NCBI GenBank assembly: GCA_030390025.1
Contig: CM059452.1
Location: 7,626,001 to 7,690,000, forward strand
Reading direction: 5' to 3'
Length of the DNA: 64,000 nucleotides
Source of the DNA: Squalus acanthias
Taxonomy: Eukaryota
Part shown: piece after piece, positions 37,618 through 51,476 of the stretch
Numbering within the stretch: position 1 is the first letter of the stretch
Layout: every line of letters begins with the position of its first letter
Notes under the pieces: model-generated
Told to the model about the DNA's origin: nothing
Seen by the model: the letters and a program-made list of their open reading frames with translations, nothing else
Database searches by the model: none
Position numbers and translations under genes: made by a program

Positions 37618-37980
37618 GTGTCCAGTCGGATGTCGTGTTGACTCAGCCAGAGGCAGAGACCGGGAGTCCCGGAGGCTCCCTGAGACTGACCTGTAAAACC
37701 AGCGGGGTCAATCTTGGCAGCTATCGCATGCATTGGGTCCGACAGGTTCCCGGACATGGGCTGGAGTGGCTGGTTTACTACCTCAGTTCATCAACCAATA
37801 ACTACGCCCCAGGGATCCAGAGTCGATTTACTGCGTCCAAAGACACTTCAAAGAGCATCTTCGCTTTGGACATGAAGAACCTGAGGACCGAAGACACCGC
37901 CATCTATTACTGTGCAGGAGAGACAACAGTGTATACTATGGAGTACTGGGCACAAGGCACTATGCTGACGGTGACTGCAG
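37618..37980 (+). CDS. IGHV: pre-joined (germline-joined) in-frame VH-D-JH exon
   Basis: [55 protein letters not shown]|gtaag; no intervening RSSs. Confidence 0.95.
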
Positions 37981-40900
37981 GTAAGAAACATTCACTCTTT
38001 CAGCAACTGTTGTATTTGTGTCTTTATTTTATATTTCTGTTTATTTCAGTAATTCATTCATTCACTGAAACTTGGGTTATGTGGATTCCGCAGTAAGATT
38101 TTTTGCTTTGTTTCATTTAATTCTGCTGCAAAGGTATAATAGAATTAAACAGTTTCTCCAGAAATAAAATGTTGTTGAGGGATTGAGCCCCTGATTGATG
38201 TGATTTGGTGTTTATCTGCTGATGAGTCTGTGAGCCTGGGTTACTTTAAATACCCAACGGTTGTTGAACTGTTTGGCGTTTCTACAATGTTTAATCTCGG
38301 TGACATCTAATGGTTGCAGGTTTTCTGATCAAATGTAAACATTATGTGACTAAATGTGTTTGAAATAAGATTGTAGGCAGAAAATAGAAAGCTCTAGCGG
38401 TCAAAAATAATCTTAACTTATATTAATGTATTTCTTTTTGTAATTGTCATCTAATAATCTAATGTTCACCAATGGTCATATTCAATACGTGAAATGTTAC
38501 TGTAATTAATAACTCCATAATTAAAAAATGTGTTGCCTGAATCAGATTTAAATTAATATAAATTAAATTACGTAGTAATATCACCCAATATTACAACAAT
38601 ATTCTATATCAATATTAATTTATTAAATATGAACCGTCTACTTACAATTCTGCTTTCATTATTTTACATTTATGTTTATTTCAATAATTAATTCGTTCAG
38701 TGATAGATGGGATCGCGAGATTCTGTATTGAGATTTTTTTGCAATGTTACATTTGATTCTGCTGAAAGGGTTTATAGAATTAAGCTGCATCGCCACAAAA
38801 CGTTCTGTTACGGGATTCAGCCCCTCAGTGATGTGATTTGCTGTTTATCTGCTGAGGAGAGTGTGTGCCTGGGTTACTTTGAATAAGTAAAGTTTGTGAA
38901 ACTGTTTGGAGTTTCTGCAATGTTTAATCTCCGTGACATGGAACTGCTGCAGGTTTTCAGATCTGTTTAAAACTGTTTGAAAGATGAATGTCGGCAGACA
39001 ACAAGTAGGTTTTATAAATCAAAAATCATTTCAAAATAATTTAATGCATCTTTCTATTTAAGTGAGAATTCCAGATTCAACTATTAATCTATGATTTACG
39101 GTGCTCACCTTTAATAGGTGAATTGTTACTGTAATTCCGAATTATATAATTAACAATTTGCAGGTTGAAGGAGAGTTAAATTAATATAACTCAAACCACT
39201 ATAATGCGGTAATATCGCCCAATTTCACTCAATATGCTATAGTAATAATATTAATGCATTAAATATTATTCGCCTTCCACAATTCTGCTGTGCACTGGTC
39301 ACAATTAACCTGAGCGGAGAATTTTAGAGGCTGGAGACAATTTCTGATTTATGTCTGAAATTATTTTAATAACAGCAGACTGATTCCACCGCAGTGTTCA
39401 GTTTAATGAGGGTTTGAAATTAATTGTTATCTCCCTGTTTCACACAGATGAATGACAGATTGTATTTAATTATGCATTAAATGCGAGTTGTAAATAGCAG
39501 TTCGTAAATGTAATAAATCTGCCGGGTTATTAAATTCTTACTGTGCAGCGGAAACCATTTTATTCCTTCAATATTATTTGTTGTTTGATAGCGAGACAAT
39601 TATCACTAAACTAATCTTAAACAGTTTGTAAGATCTCAGGCTGAGCGGTCGCTGGCAGTCAAATAATTGTTCATATAGTTCCATTTAAAATCAAGGAAGG
39701 TGCCGACTGCGTAAGGCTGGAGACAAAAATTGACATTCAAGTAGATTAATTTAGTTACAAAAGGTTAATATTAGTTTTGAATTTAATAACAACATCCTGT
39801 CTCCTATAACTGTGCTGTATACGGGATAGAATTTTGACAGTGAACAGATTACATCTGAGAGTTATGTTTAATTCTCATTAATGTTAAATTGATCGACAAA
39901 ATCTCTCCTCCATTTGCTCATTAAATTTCAGTGTCGCAGATGGTCTGATTGATCTATTCTCCGCCAGTTTTACATTAATCATTCTGGAACTGATTTTCAA
40001 TAAATTGCAGAATATATTTAAGAATTAAATTACGGGCATTGTGTGAATTACTGGAGTAAAATATAAAAATATTGTCTGTGTTATTAAATAGCGGAGGCTC
40101 TGTTACTGACTGCAAACTGGCCGGTTGTCTTTTAATTCATAAAAATAGTTTTTTATAGCTAAGATTGAGGATAATGTTTAAACTCGAGAGCCCTGCTTTA
40201 GTAAACATACGGTGTTACAGCTCATCGGTAGTTAGTGAGATGTGACCACGGCCAGACTTTGAACTATTTAAAATAGTCCACTCCTAAATGCATCATGTGA
40301 AATCCACTCTGAGAAAAGATGGAGTTTTGTTTTGTATCAGAGAGTTCAGAAACATACAGAGTTTGCAAGTGATTAGATAGAGAGCGGGAATGTATTAGAA
40401 GTTCGTGAGCATTTTCGCTTATTCAAATGTGATTTGAATTAAGTAAAAATAATATATTTGTATGAATGTCTTTATCTATTAACATGATTCTTCTTATTTT
40501 AATATTGATAAATGCCATGTTAATTTAATTGAAGCCATAATAGTTCACAAGTTACCAGGCAGAAACAGGATTAAAATTAATTTTACCTAATTTTATAACA
40601 ATCCAGTATAACATCAGCTAACATCAATATTAAATTAGAGTATAATATCAGTGCGAATTTATTAGACATAAATGACCTCCCACAATTGCGTTGCACACTG
40701 GACAGGATTACGGTTACTGCAAAATCTCAAGGGTTGGAGAGAATTTTAAATTATGTCTAAAATTAATTTAGAAACAATACAAGTCTTACTCAGCTGTGCT
40801 GAGCTCGAGAAGGTGTCGCCGCAGATTTTAATGAATTAACTTCGTCTTTTGCCTCGATCATTTTCCAGGTTATATTTAATGATGAAATTATATTAACCCA

Positions 40901-41436
40901 GTGGGTAATCGGTTTTCAGTGTAAATGTCTCCTGATTTGTTAAATTCTTGCTCTGTCACGGAGTCCCTGTTATATGCAGCAAATTACCCTGGAATGTGAA
41001 TTATTTCAGTAAACTTGTTTTCAGGGAAACAAAATCTTACTCGGTTTGTAAGATTGTAGACAGGGAGGGGGAAATGGTTGGAAGTCGAAGAGAGCTTTTC
41101 AAATTAATACCAGTTTAATTTCAAAAAACGTGCAGACATGAGGTGATAGTTTGAACAGATCTATCTGCCGAGAACACAATTGTTGCACCGCTTGTGTCTG
41201 TTCTGTTTCTGTGCGCCTGCTCACTGTCTGAGAATCAGGAGTCCTCCTGACTGGTTATAAACCTACTGGTTTATTCCCTTATGGAGTACAATTTGACTCA
41301 TTTATTTCAGAAGATTGTATCCGGGAGAAATGCGACAGCTGGACGTTAAGTTTGAGGAGGCGTCTCAGAAATGTGATCAGTAACCCAGTTTCAGACAATC
41401 AGAAGGAGCATTTCAGAAACACTTCTGGCAGACTGC

Positions 41437-41880
41437 AGAGGGAGCTTTAGTCATTTTCTAACCCGTGCCGTACCTTTCCTGGGAGTGTTTGATGGGACAG
41501 TGTAGAGGGATCTCTACTCTGTATCTAACCCGTGCTGTACCTGCCCTGGGAGTGTTTGATGGGACAGTGTAGAGGGAGCTTTACTCTGTATCTAACCCGT
41601 GCCGTACCTTTCCTGGGAGTGTTTGATGGGACAGTGTTGAGGGAGCTCTATTCTGTATCTAACCCGTGCTTTACCTGCCCTGGGAGTGTTTGATGGGACA
41701 GTGTAGAGGGAGCTCCACTCTGTATCTAACCCGTGCTGTACCTGCCCTGGTAGTGTTTTATGGGGCAGTGGGCAGGGAGAATTTACACTCTACTTAACCA
41801 GTGCAGTACTTTACTGGGAGTGTTTGACAGTGCCGTGTAGACTTGGTTTTGCTCGCAATCAATCCCTTGCTATACCTAAC
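41437..41880. repeat. ~65-bp tandem repeat in the J-CH1 intron
   Basis: GAGGGAGCTTTACTCTGTATCTAACCCGTGCTGTACCTGCCCTGGGAGTGTTTGATGGGACAGTGTA units. Confidence 0.9.
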
Positions 41881-43249
41881 CTTAAAGCATGGCAGGTAAG
41901 TGCAGAGGGAGCTTTACTCTATATTACCTATACTGTAACAGACCTGAAAGTGCTTTGTCCCGTGTTGTTCAAGGATTCTTAATCTGCATCCAACTAATAA
42001 AGTGTGAGTTCTCAAGCCGGATATATAAAAACAACCTTTCCATAGCTCCGATGAAACAACCGCGCATTAATTGATTTTAACCTTATTACAAAAAACACTG
42101 CCCAATTATTAATGAATTGATAAACTTTAAACATTTTGAGTATCAGATAATGATTTAATGAGATTGACCTGATCCTGAGCTCACTTTCAGAACAAACAGT
42201 TTCAGGAAGTGACTGTAACGCTCCAGAAAGCAGCGCCTGTTCTGATCTGATGGGAGGCTGGAAATTATTTTGACAATTTAAATGGAGAATGTCGAGACTC
42301 CCGCTCCAAATAACCATCCTGGGAACATTATGTTTGAAAGCATTATTTCATTCAATTGTTTTTAAAAAGGTACCAGGCCGGGACAAACTCGGGTGAGGTG
42401 CAGCTATTGGACTGGGTCACAGCACAAGGCTCACAGTCACTGAGCCGCACCTCTGTGAAACATTTAAAGAGAAACAGTCAGCCTGCGATGAGTCGTCATT
42501 CACAATAAGCTTTAAGACTCTGTGACGGGATCCGATTGAATCATTTTTGAGACAAATTCCACAGTTCCCTTATTTTAAATATCCTCTTGTATTATAAGAA
42601 ACAATAAAATAGATCAGATAGAGGTGTTCAACATTATGAAGCGTTTCCTTCCATTAAATCGGGAAGAATTAATTCCGCTGACCCGTGTAGAATCACAGAA
42701 TCTCAGAGCACAGAAGGGGCCATTCGGCATGTCTTGCCTGTGCTGGCTCTGAAAGAGCTGTCCAATCACGTCCCAGCTTTTTCCTCGTAACCCTGCAAAT
42801 GTGTCCTCTTCAAGAACATGTCCAGTTGCCTCGTGCATTCCGGAACTTAACAACCCTCCTCATTTCCGCTCTAGTTCTTTTGCCAATTATTTTAATCTGT
42901 GACCTTTGGTTACCGACCTGCTCGCCAGAGGAAACCGTGTCTCCCTATTTTCTCTGACAAAACCTCTTACAATTTTGAACACCTCCTGTCGTAAGAATGA
43001 GCCTTACGCGTGGTGAACTTAAAGTAAGCTTTAATCACCTAAAAAGGTGCTACATACAAAAGAGGTCTTACTCTATGCCTCTCCAGGATCCAACTGATCA
43101 GCCCAGTATTTATCCTGGACTAATCACAGGAAGTGATGTAATAAAGTTCAAGTCACAGGAAGCTGTATTGTGTTACCACATTCACCCCCCCACCCCCCAA
43201 AAGATTAGGAGGCCGGGATGAAGTTCGAGTCACAGGAAGCTGTATTGTG

Positions 43250-46200
43250 TTACCACATTCTCCCTCCATTTCGTAGCCGCTGGACGAGGGAGAGCCGCAC
43301 CCGTTTGGGTTCTCGTAGCGGTAGAGGGCCCCTATCCCATTTACCCGCCGCGGGCCGTGGACCAGAGTCCGAGTGATCCAGCCTGCTCTGTGAGGGGTCA
43401 GGACGATCCTGACTGTGTACTGGTGCCCGAACGGGTGTCGGGCAGGGCTGTGGCAGATCCGTTTCCGAGCGTATGGTACGGGGTGGATCGTGGCTGCGCG
43501 TGCGAGCCCCGACGGGCTCATAGTCAGTCTGCCCCAGGTCGGCACGCTGGAGTGAGGTACCAGCTGGCGTCAGATCCAGATCGTGATGAGAGGCACCTGG
43601 CGAGCCCAGAGATGTGCCTGGTACAATATCATCCCCTGGTGTCCCTCTATGTTTCGGCGGGCAGGGAGCCAGATCCCGCAATGACACGGTAGATTCCCGA
43701 CCGTCAGGATACCGAATATAGGCGTAGGTAGGGTTGACGTCAGTGAGCTCAACCTCATCTACCAGGGGGTCATTCTTAGACGCCCGAACATATCTTCGGA
43801 GTAGCACTGGTCCCGGTGCAGTCAGCCACGACGGGAGAGATATCCAATAGGATGAGCGACGCTGAAATCGGAAGAACCGTTCATGAGGCGTCGTATTTGT
43901 GGCGGTCGAAAGGAGGGACCGTGTGGAGTGTAATGCGTCTGGAAGTACTGCTTCCCATTGCTGGTTGGGTAGGCCCCGAGATCTCAAAGCCAGACGTACC
44001 GCATTCCAGATGATAGCGTTAAAACGCTCGACTTGCCCATTCCTGACCGGATGATAAGGCGTCGTTCTGCTGGCAGCAATACCCCGTTCCGAGAGATAGG
44101 CCTTGAGTTCTCCTGACATAAAAGAAGGGCCCCGATCCGAATGAACATAGGATGCCATGCCACAGAAAGCAAATACCTGCTCAAGGCAGCTGATAACCGT
44201 GGTCGTCAGCATATTGGGGCAGGGAAAGGCAAACGGAAAACGGGAATACTCATCGACCATGGTCAATAGATAAGTGTTGCGAGTTGAAGAGGGCAACGGC
44301 CCCTTAAAATCGATGCTAAGCCGTTGCATTGGCTGGGTCGCATGTATGAGTATACCACCCGAGGGGCGGAAAAACTGAGGTTTCAATTCCGCACAGACTC
44401 TGCAGTCCGAGCACATCTTCTTTACATCCCCGGTAGAGAATGGGAGATTTCGGGACCGCACGAAGTGTAGCATGCGAGTAACGCCCGGATGACACAACCC
44501 ATCATGGATGTCTACGAGCGTAGAGGGTGCCATGGCGGAGCAGAATGCTCGTGTGAGGGTATCCGGAGCCACATTCTCCTTGCCAGGTCGATAGTGGATG
44601 GTGTAACCAAAAGAGGCCAATTCCAGCCGCCAAAGCTGGATTTTATTATTTTTAATTTTGGTCCGTTTTCGATTATCGAGCATGAAGGCGACCGATCGCT
44701 GGTCCGTGATTAAGGTAAAGTGCTGGCGAGCTAGGAGATGAGTCCACTTCCGTACTGCCTCTATGATGGCTGTAGCTTCTTTCTCGACTGGAGGATAATG
44801 TAGCTCAGCCCCTTGAAAAGTCCTGGACAAAAATGCCACCGGACGACCTTCCTGATTCAGAGTGGCCGAGATCGCCACCTCCGAGGCATCACACTCAACA
44901 ACAAAAGGAAGACTCTCATCGATGGAGTGAAGAGCCGCTTTCTCCAACTGTTTTTTCAGGAGGTTAAAGGCTGCAACAGCCGCTGTGTCTAGTGGGAATG
45001 TGCTGGCCTTCAGTAGAGGTTGGATTCGGTCCGAGAAGTTAGGAATCCATTTAGCATAGTATGCAAACAGGCCGAGGGCCCGGCGCAAGGAGGCCGGATT
45101 CTTAGGTGGCGGGAGTTCTTGGAGTGGGCGAAGCCTTTCAGGGTCAGGTTTAATGATGCCATTGCCCACGCAATAGCCAAGGATGTTGATGGTTGGTTGT
45201 GACTCAATGGATTTAGCCGCATTTAATGTCAAATTACGGTGCTGGAGTGCATCCCAAAATCGTTGGAGATTGGCGTCATGTTCCCGCTGATTGCGACCTG
45301 CGACAGTAATATTGTCCAGATAAGGAAACGTATCCTTTAAGTCTTCCTGTTTGACCAGGTCATCCATTGCTCGCTGGAAGACAGCCACTCCATTAGTGAC
45401 CCCAAAGGGGAGGCGACGAAATTGATACAGCCGTCCATTGGCTTCAAAGGCCGTATACTGCTTGTCTGAGACCTTCAAGGGTACCTGATGATAGGCACTT
45501 TTCAGATCATATGTTGAGAACACCGTGTACTCAGCCAGTTTATTAACCATATCATCGATGCGCGGCAATGGGTATGCGTCCAAGTCCGTTTATTGATTGA
45601 TGGTCTGTGAATAGTCAATGCACAGCCGTTTCTTGTGAGGTTGTAGAGGGTTCTTAACAATAACGACCTGGGCGCGCCATGGCAACGAACAAGGCTCGAT
45701 GATATCCTCTGCTAAAAGCCGAGAAATCTCAGCCGCAATAAAAGACTGGTCTTCCTGACTGAAACGTCGTGACTTTGTTATAATCGGTTTGCATCGAGGA
45801 GGGATACTGGTAAACAGTGAGGGTTCATCCAGTGAAGCTGCTGACAATGCACAGAACGGTAATCGAGGTCGTATATTAGAAATAGTGAGTTCAGGTTTGG
45901 ATCCGCCGAACTCAATGGTGAGCTTCTTATGCTGCTTTTGAAAATCTAGCCCTAAGATAAGATCACTACATAAGTCCGTGAGCACCGAAAGCCGGGTGGA
46001 GGGATACCTGTGACCATTAAGTGTTATTTCAACCATACAAAAGCCAGAAATTCTGGTATTAAGTGATGACTGAGCCATCGCAATTGCCTGGTCCGATGGG
46101 AAAACATGTAGCTTTAACTCTGCAACAATCTGTTCCCTAATGAAACTATCAGTGCTACCTGAGTCAATTAAGGCATCTAAAGTATGTCCATTAATTGATG

Positions 46201-47192
46201 CTTTTGTAGCTGCATGGAATAGGTTCTGAGGACAAGCAGCTGTAATTGGTGTCGTTGCACAAAGAGTGGCTGAAACTCTAGGTGTGTTTCTTCGAGAGAA
46301 AACCCGAGAGGAAGCACGATAGATTTTAGCCGGAACATCTTGATAGGCCCTTACCGGGGCAGTTCGGTAGGACTTAGCTTGATAAGCCCTCGTAGAGGCT
46401 CTTGATAGGCAAACCTTTGCAAAATGACCCTTTTTGTTGCAATGACTGCAAAACGCATTGCGAGCAGGGCAGAATTTCCGAGGGTGAAACTCATCACCAC
46501 ACAAGAAGCATTTCTTAGATTGCCAAGAGGCTGCCACAGTGGGGTTATCATCCTCTTCATCAGTGAAGTCATCAGATTGATCGTCAGGGATAAAGTCCTC
46601 CCTAATAGAGTTCACCTGTGGCCTCTTAAATTGCCTGACTGTAGTTAAGGCAGCAGACCGAGGTCTGGGCACTGTATAAAGGTCTGCATTTCTTTTTGCC
46701 AGATCTAGAGAGCAAGCCATGTCATAAGCTCTCTGAAGCTCAACTTTCCAGTAGACGCTGGCGTATAAATGGGGAGGCAAGCCCGCAGATGAAAGCATCA
46801 CGGATCATTTCTTCACGGTACAGCTCAGCTGAGGCCGCCTGAAAGTTACAGTCCATACTAAGTCTGCGAAGCTCTTGGAGGAATTTATCAATGGATTCCT
46901 CCGGCCCTTGTTGGGCTGTAGCTAGTAGATGTCTGGCATAGACCTCATTCGGTGTCTTAGTATATAGTCTTTTAAGCGTCCGAATTGCCTCCTCGTAACT
47001 GCCCCATTCCTCGACATACTGAAATACATTCGGGGTGACACAGTTGATGAGTATCCGCAATTTTGAGTCATCATCAGCCTTGCAATATTCGAGAAAATTG
47101 TCAAACGTGCGATACCAGTGTTTCCACACCTTACCGGCTGCTGGGGTGTTTGGGTCCAAGTCATTACGCGATGGTTTAAGGATGTTTTCCAT
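43250..47192 (-). pseudogene. gag-pol copy 1 (two CCHC knuckles, protease LIDSGS, RT YLDN, RNase H, integrase); frameshift at ~46741, TAA at 45590-45592
   Basis: ORFs 46740..47192, 45590..46801, 43250..45583. Confidence 0.93.
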
Positions 47193-47533
47193 GATGGGTG
47201 ATTCCCTGGATCCTTAGTTCCGAGTTCGTCCAAAAAGTTTGAGTGCGAAGTTTTTCAAAGTTGATTAAATTGTCGTAAGAATGAGCCTTACGCGTGGTGA
47301 ACTTAAAGTAAGCTTTAATCAACTAAAAAGGTGCTACATACAAAAGAGGTCTTACTCTATGCCTCTCCAGGATCCAACTGATCAGCCCAGTATTTATCCT
47401 GGACTAATCACAGGAAGTGATGTAATAAAGTTCAAGTCACAGGAAGCTGTATTGTGTTACCACATTCACCCCCCCACCCCCCAAAAGATTAGGAGGCCGG
47501 GATGAAGTTCGAGTCACAGGAAGCTGTATTGTG

Positions 47534-50500
47534 TTACCACATTCTCCCTCCATTTCGTAGCCGCTGGACGAGGGAGAGCCGCACCCGTTTGGGTTCTCGT
47601 AGCGGTAGAGGGCCCCTAGCCCGTTTACCCGCCGCGGGCCGTGGACCAGAGTCCGAGTGATCCAGCCTGCTCTGTGAGGGGTCAGGACGATCCTGACTGT
47701 GTACTGGTGCCCGAACGGGTGTCGGGCAGGGCTGTGGCAGATCCGTTTCCGAGCGTATGGTACGGGGTGGATCGTGGCTGCGCGTGCGAGCCCCGACGGG
47801 CTCATAGTCAGTCTGCCCCAGGTCGGCACGCTGGAGTGAGGTACCAGCTGGCGTCAGATCCAGATCGTGATGAGAGGCACCTGGCGAGCCCAGAGATGTG
47901 CCTGGTACAATATCATCCCCTGGTGTCCCTCTATGTTTCGGCGGGCAGGGAGCCAGATCCCGCAATGACACGGTAGATTCCCGACCGTCAGGATACCGAA
48001 TATAGGCGTAGGTAGGGTTGACGTCAGTGAGCTCAACCTCATCTACCAGGGGGTCATTCTTAGACGCCCGAACATATCTTCGGAGTAGCACTGGTCCCGG
48101 TGCAGTCAGCCACGACGGGAGAGATATCCAATAGGATGAGCGACGCTGAAATCGGAAGAACCGTTCATGAGGCGTCGTATTTGTGGCGGTCGAAAGGAGG
48201 GACCGTGTGGAGTGTAATGCGTCTGGAAGTACTGCTTCCCATTGCTGGTTGGGTAGGCCCCGAGATCTCAAAGCCAGACGTACCGCATTCCAGATGATAG
48301 CGTTAAAACGCTCGACTTGCCCATTCCTGACCGGATGATAAGGCGTCGTTCTGCTGGCAGCAATACCCCGTTCCGAGAGATAGGCCTTGAGTTCTCCTGA
48401 CATAAAAGAAGGGCCCCGATCCGAATGAACATAGGATGCCATGCCACAGAAAGCAAATACCTGCTCAAGGCAGCTGATAACCGTGGTCGTCAGCATATTG
48501 GGGCAGGGAAAGGCAAACGGAAAACGGGAATACTCATCGACCATGGTCAATAGATAAGTGTTGCGAGTTGAAGAGGGCAACGGCCCCTTAAAATCGATGC
48601 TAAGCCGTTGCATTGGCTGGGTCGCATGTATGAGTATACCACCCGAGGGGCGGAAAAACTGAGGTTTCAATTCCGCACAGACTCTGCAGTCCGAGCACAT
48701 CTTCTTTACATCCCCGGTAGAGAATGGGAGATTTCGGGACCGCACGAAGTGTAGCATGCGAGTAACGCCCGGATGACACAACCCATCATGGATGTCTACG
48801 AGCGTAGAGGGTGCCATGGCGGAGCAGAATGCTCGTGTGAGGGTATCCGGAGCCACATTCTCCTTGCCAGGTCGATAGTGGATGGTGTAACCAAAAGAGG
48901 CCAATTCCAGCCGCCAAAGCTGGATTTTATTATTTTTAATTTTGGTCCGTTTTCGATTATCGAGCATGAAGGCGACCGATCGCTGGTCCGTGATTAAGGT
49001 AAAGTGCTGGCGAGCTAGGAGATGAGTCCACTTCCGTACTGCCTCTATGATGGCTGTAGCTTCTTTCTCGACTGGAGGATAATGTAGCTCAGCCCCTTGA
49101 AAAGTCCTGGACAAAAATGCCACCGGACGACCTTCCTGATTCAGAGTGGCCGAGATCGCCACCTCCGAGGCATCACACTCAACAACAAAAGGAAGACTCT
49201 CATCGATGGAGTGAAGAGCCGCTTTCTCCAACTGTTTTTTCAGGAGGTTAAAGGCTGCAACAGCCGCTGTGTCTAGTGGGAATGTGCTGGCCTTCAGTAG
49301 AGGTTGGATTCGGTCCGAGAAGTTAGGAATCCATTTAGCATAGTATGCAAACAGTCCGAGGGCCCGGCGCAAGGAGGCCGGATTCTTAGGTGGCGGGAGT
49401 TCTTGGAGTGGGCGAAGCCTTTCAGGGTCAGGTTTAATGATGCCATTGCCCACGCAATAGCCAAGGATGTTGATGGTTGGTTGTGACTCAATGGATTTAG
49501 CCGCATTTAATGTCAAATTACGGTGCTGGAGTGCATCCCAAAATCGTTGGAGATTGGCGTCATGTTCCCGCTGATTGCGACCTGCGACAGTAATATTGTC
49601 CAGATAAGGAAACGTATCCTTTAAGTCTTCCTGTTTGACCAGGTCATCCATTGCTCGCTGGAAGACAGCCACTCCATTAGTGACCCCAAAGGGGAGGCGA
49701 CGAAATTGATACAGCCGTCCATTGGCTTCAAAGGCCGTATACTGCTTGTCTGAGACCTTCAAGGGTACCTGATGATAGGCACTTTTCAGATCATATGTTG
49801 AGAACACCGTGTACTCAGCCAGTTTATTAACCATATCATCGATGCGCGGCAATGGGTATGCGTCCAAGTCCGTTTATTGATTGATGGTCTGTGAATAGTC
49901 AATGCACAGCCGTTTCTTGTGAGGTTGTAGAGGGTTCTTAACAATAACGACCTGGGCGCGCCATGGCAACGAACAAGGCTCGATGATATCCTCTGCTAAA
50001 AGCCGAGAAATCTCAGCCGCAATAAAAGACTGGTCTTCCTGACTGAAACGTCGTGACTTTGTTATAATCGGTTTGCATCGAGGAGGGATACTGGTAAACA
50101 GTGAGGGTTCATCCAGTGAAGCTGCTGACAATGCACAGAACGGTAATCGAGGTCGTATATTAGAAATAGTGAGTTCAGGTTTGGATCCGCCGAACTCAAT
50201 GGTGAGCTTCTTATGCTGCTTTTGAAAATCTAGCCCTAAGATAAGATCACTACATAAGTCCGTGAGCACCGAAAGCCGGGTGGAGGGATACCTGTGACCA
50301 TTAAGTGTTATTTCAACCATACAAAAGCCAGAAATTCTGGTATTAAGTGATGACTGAGCCATCGCAATTGCCTGGTCCGATGGGAAAACATGTAGCTTTA
50401 ACTCTGCAACAATCTGTTCCCTAATGAAACTATCAGTGCTACCTGAGTCAATTAAGGCATCTAAAGTATGTCCATTAATTGATGCTTTTGTAGCTGCATG

Positions 50501-51476
50501 GAATAGGTTCTGAGGACAAGCAGCTGTAATTGGTGTCGTTGCACAAAGAGTGGCTGAAACTCTAGGTGTGTTTCTTCGAGAGAAAACCCGAGAGGAAGCA
50601 CGATAGATTTTAGCCGGAACATCTTGATAGGCCCTTACCGGGGCAGTTCGGTAGGACTTAGCTTGATAAGCCCTCGTAGAGGCTCTTGATAGGCAAACCT
50701 TTGCAAAATGACCCTTTTTGTTGCAATGACTGCAAAACGCATTGCGAGCAGGGCAGAATTTCCGAGGGTGAAACTCATCACCACACAAGAAGCATTTCTT
50801 AGATTGCCAAGAGGCTGCCACAGTGGGGTTATCATCCTCTTCATCAGTGAAGTCATCAGATTGATCGTCAGGGATAAAGTCCTCCCTAATAGAGTTCACC
50901 TGTGGCCTCTTAAATTGCCTGACTGTAGTTAAGGCAGCAGACCGAGGTCTGGGCACTGTATAAAGGTCTGCATTTCTTTTTGCCAGATCTAGAGAGCAAG
51001 CCATGTCATAAGCTCTCTGAAGCTCAACTTTCCAGTAGACGCTGGCGTATAAATGGGGAGGCAAGCCCGCAGATGAAAGCATCACGGATCATTTCTTCAC
51101 GGTACAGCTCAGCTGAGGCCGCCTGAAAGTTACAGTCCATACTAAGTCTGCGAAGCTCTTGGAGGAATTTATCAATGGATTCCTCCGGCCCTTGTTGGGC
51201 TGTAGCTAGTAGATGTCTGGCATAGACCTCATTCGGTGTCTTAGTATATAGTCTTTTAAGCGTCCGAATTGCCTCCTCGTAACTGCCCCATTCCTCGACA
51301 TACTGAAATACATTCGGGGTGACACAGTTGATGAGTATCCGCAATTTTGAGTCATCATCAGCCTTGCAATATTCGAGAAAATTGTCAAACGTGCGATACC
51401 AGTGTTTCCACACCTTACCGGCTGCTGGGGTGTTTGGGTCCAAGTCATTACGCGATGGTTTAAGGATGTTTTCCAT
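47534..51476 (-). pseudogene. gag-pol copy 2 with the same two lesions
   Basis: ORFs 51024..51476, 49874..51085, 47534..49867. Confidence 0.93.

Noticed and set aside
37925-37931. AACAGTG in CDR3 as a retained RSS heptamer (heptamer-to-heptamer deletion)
   Set aside because: Lacks the essential CAC and any nonamer; better explained as D-segment sequence, though the local D segments are needed to exclude it
46740-46801. programmed gag-pol frameshift or readthrough
   Set aside because: The break falls mid-gag, before the zinc knuckles, and the stop lies inside RT; both look like mutations
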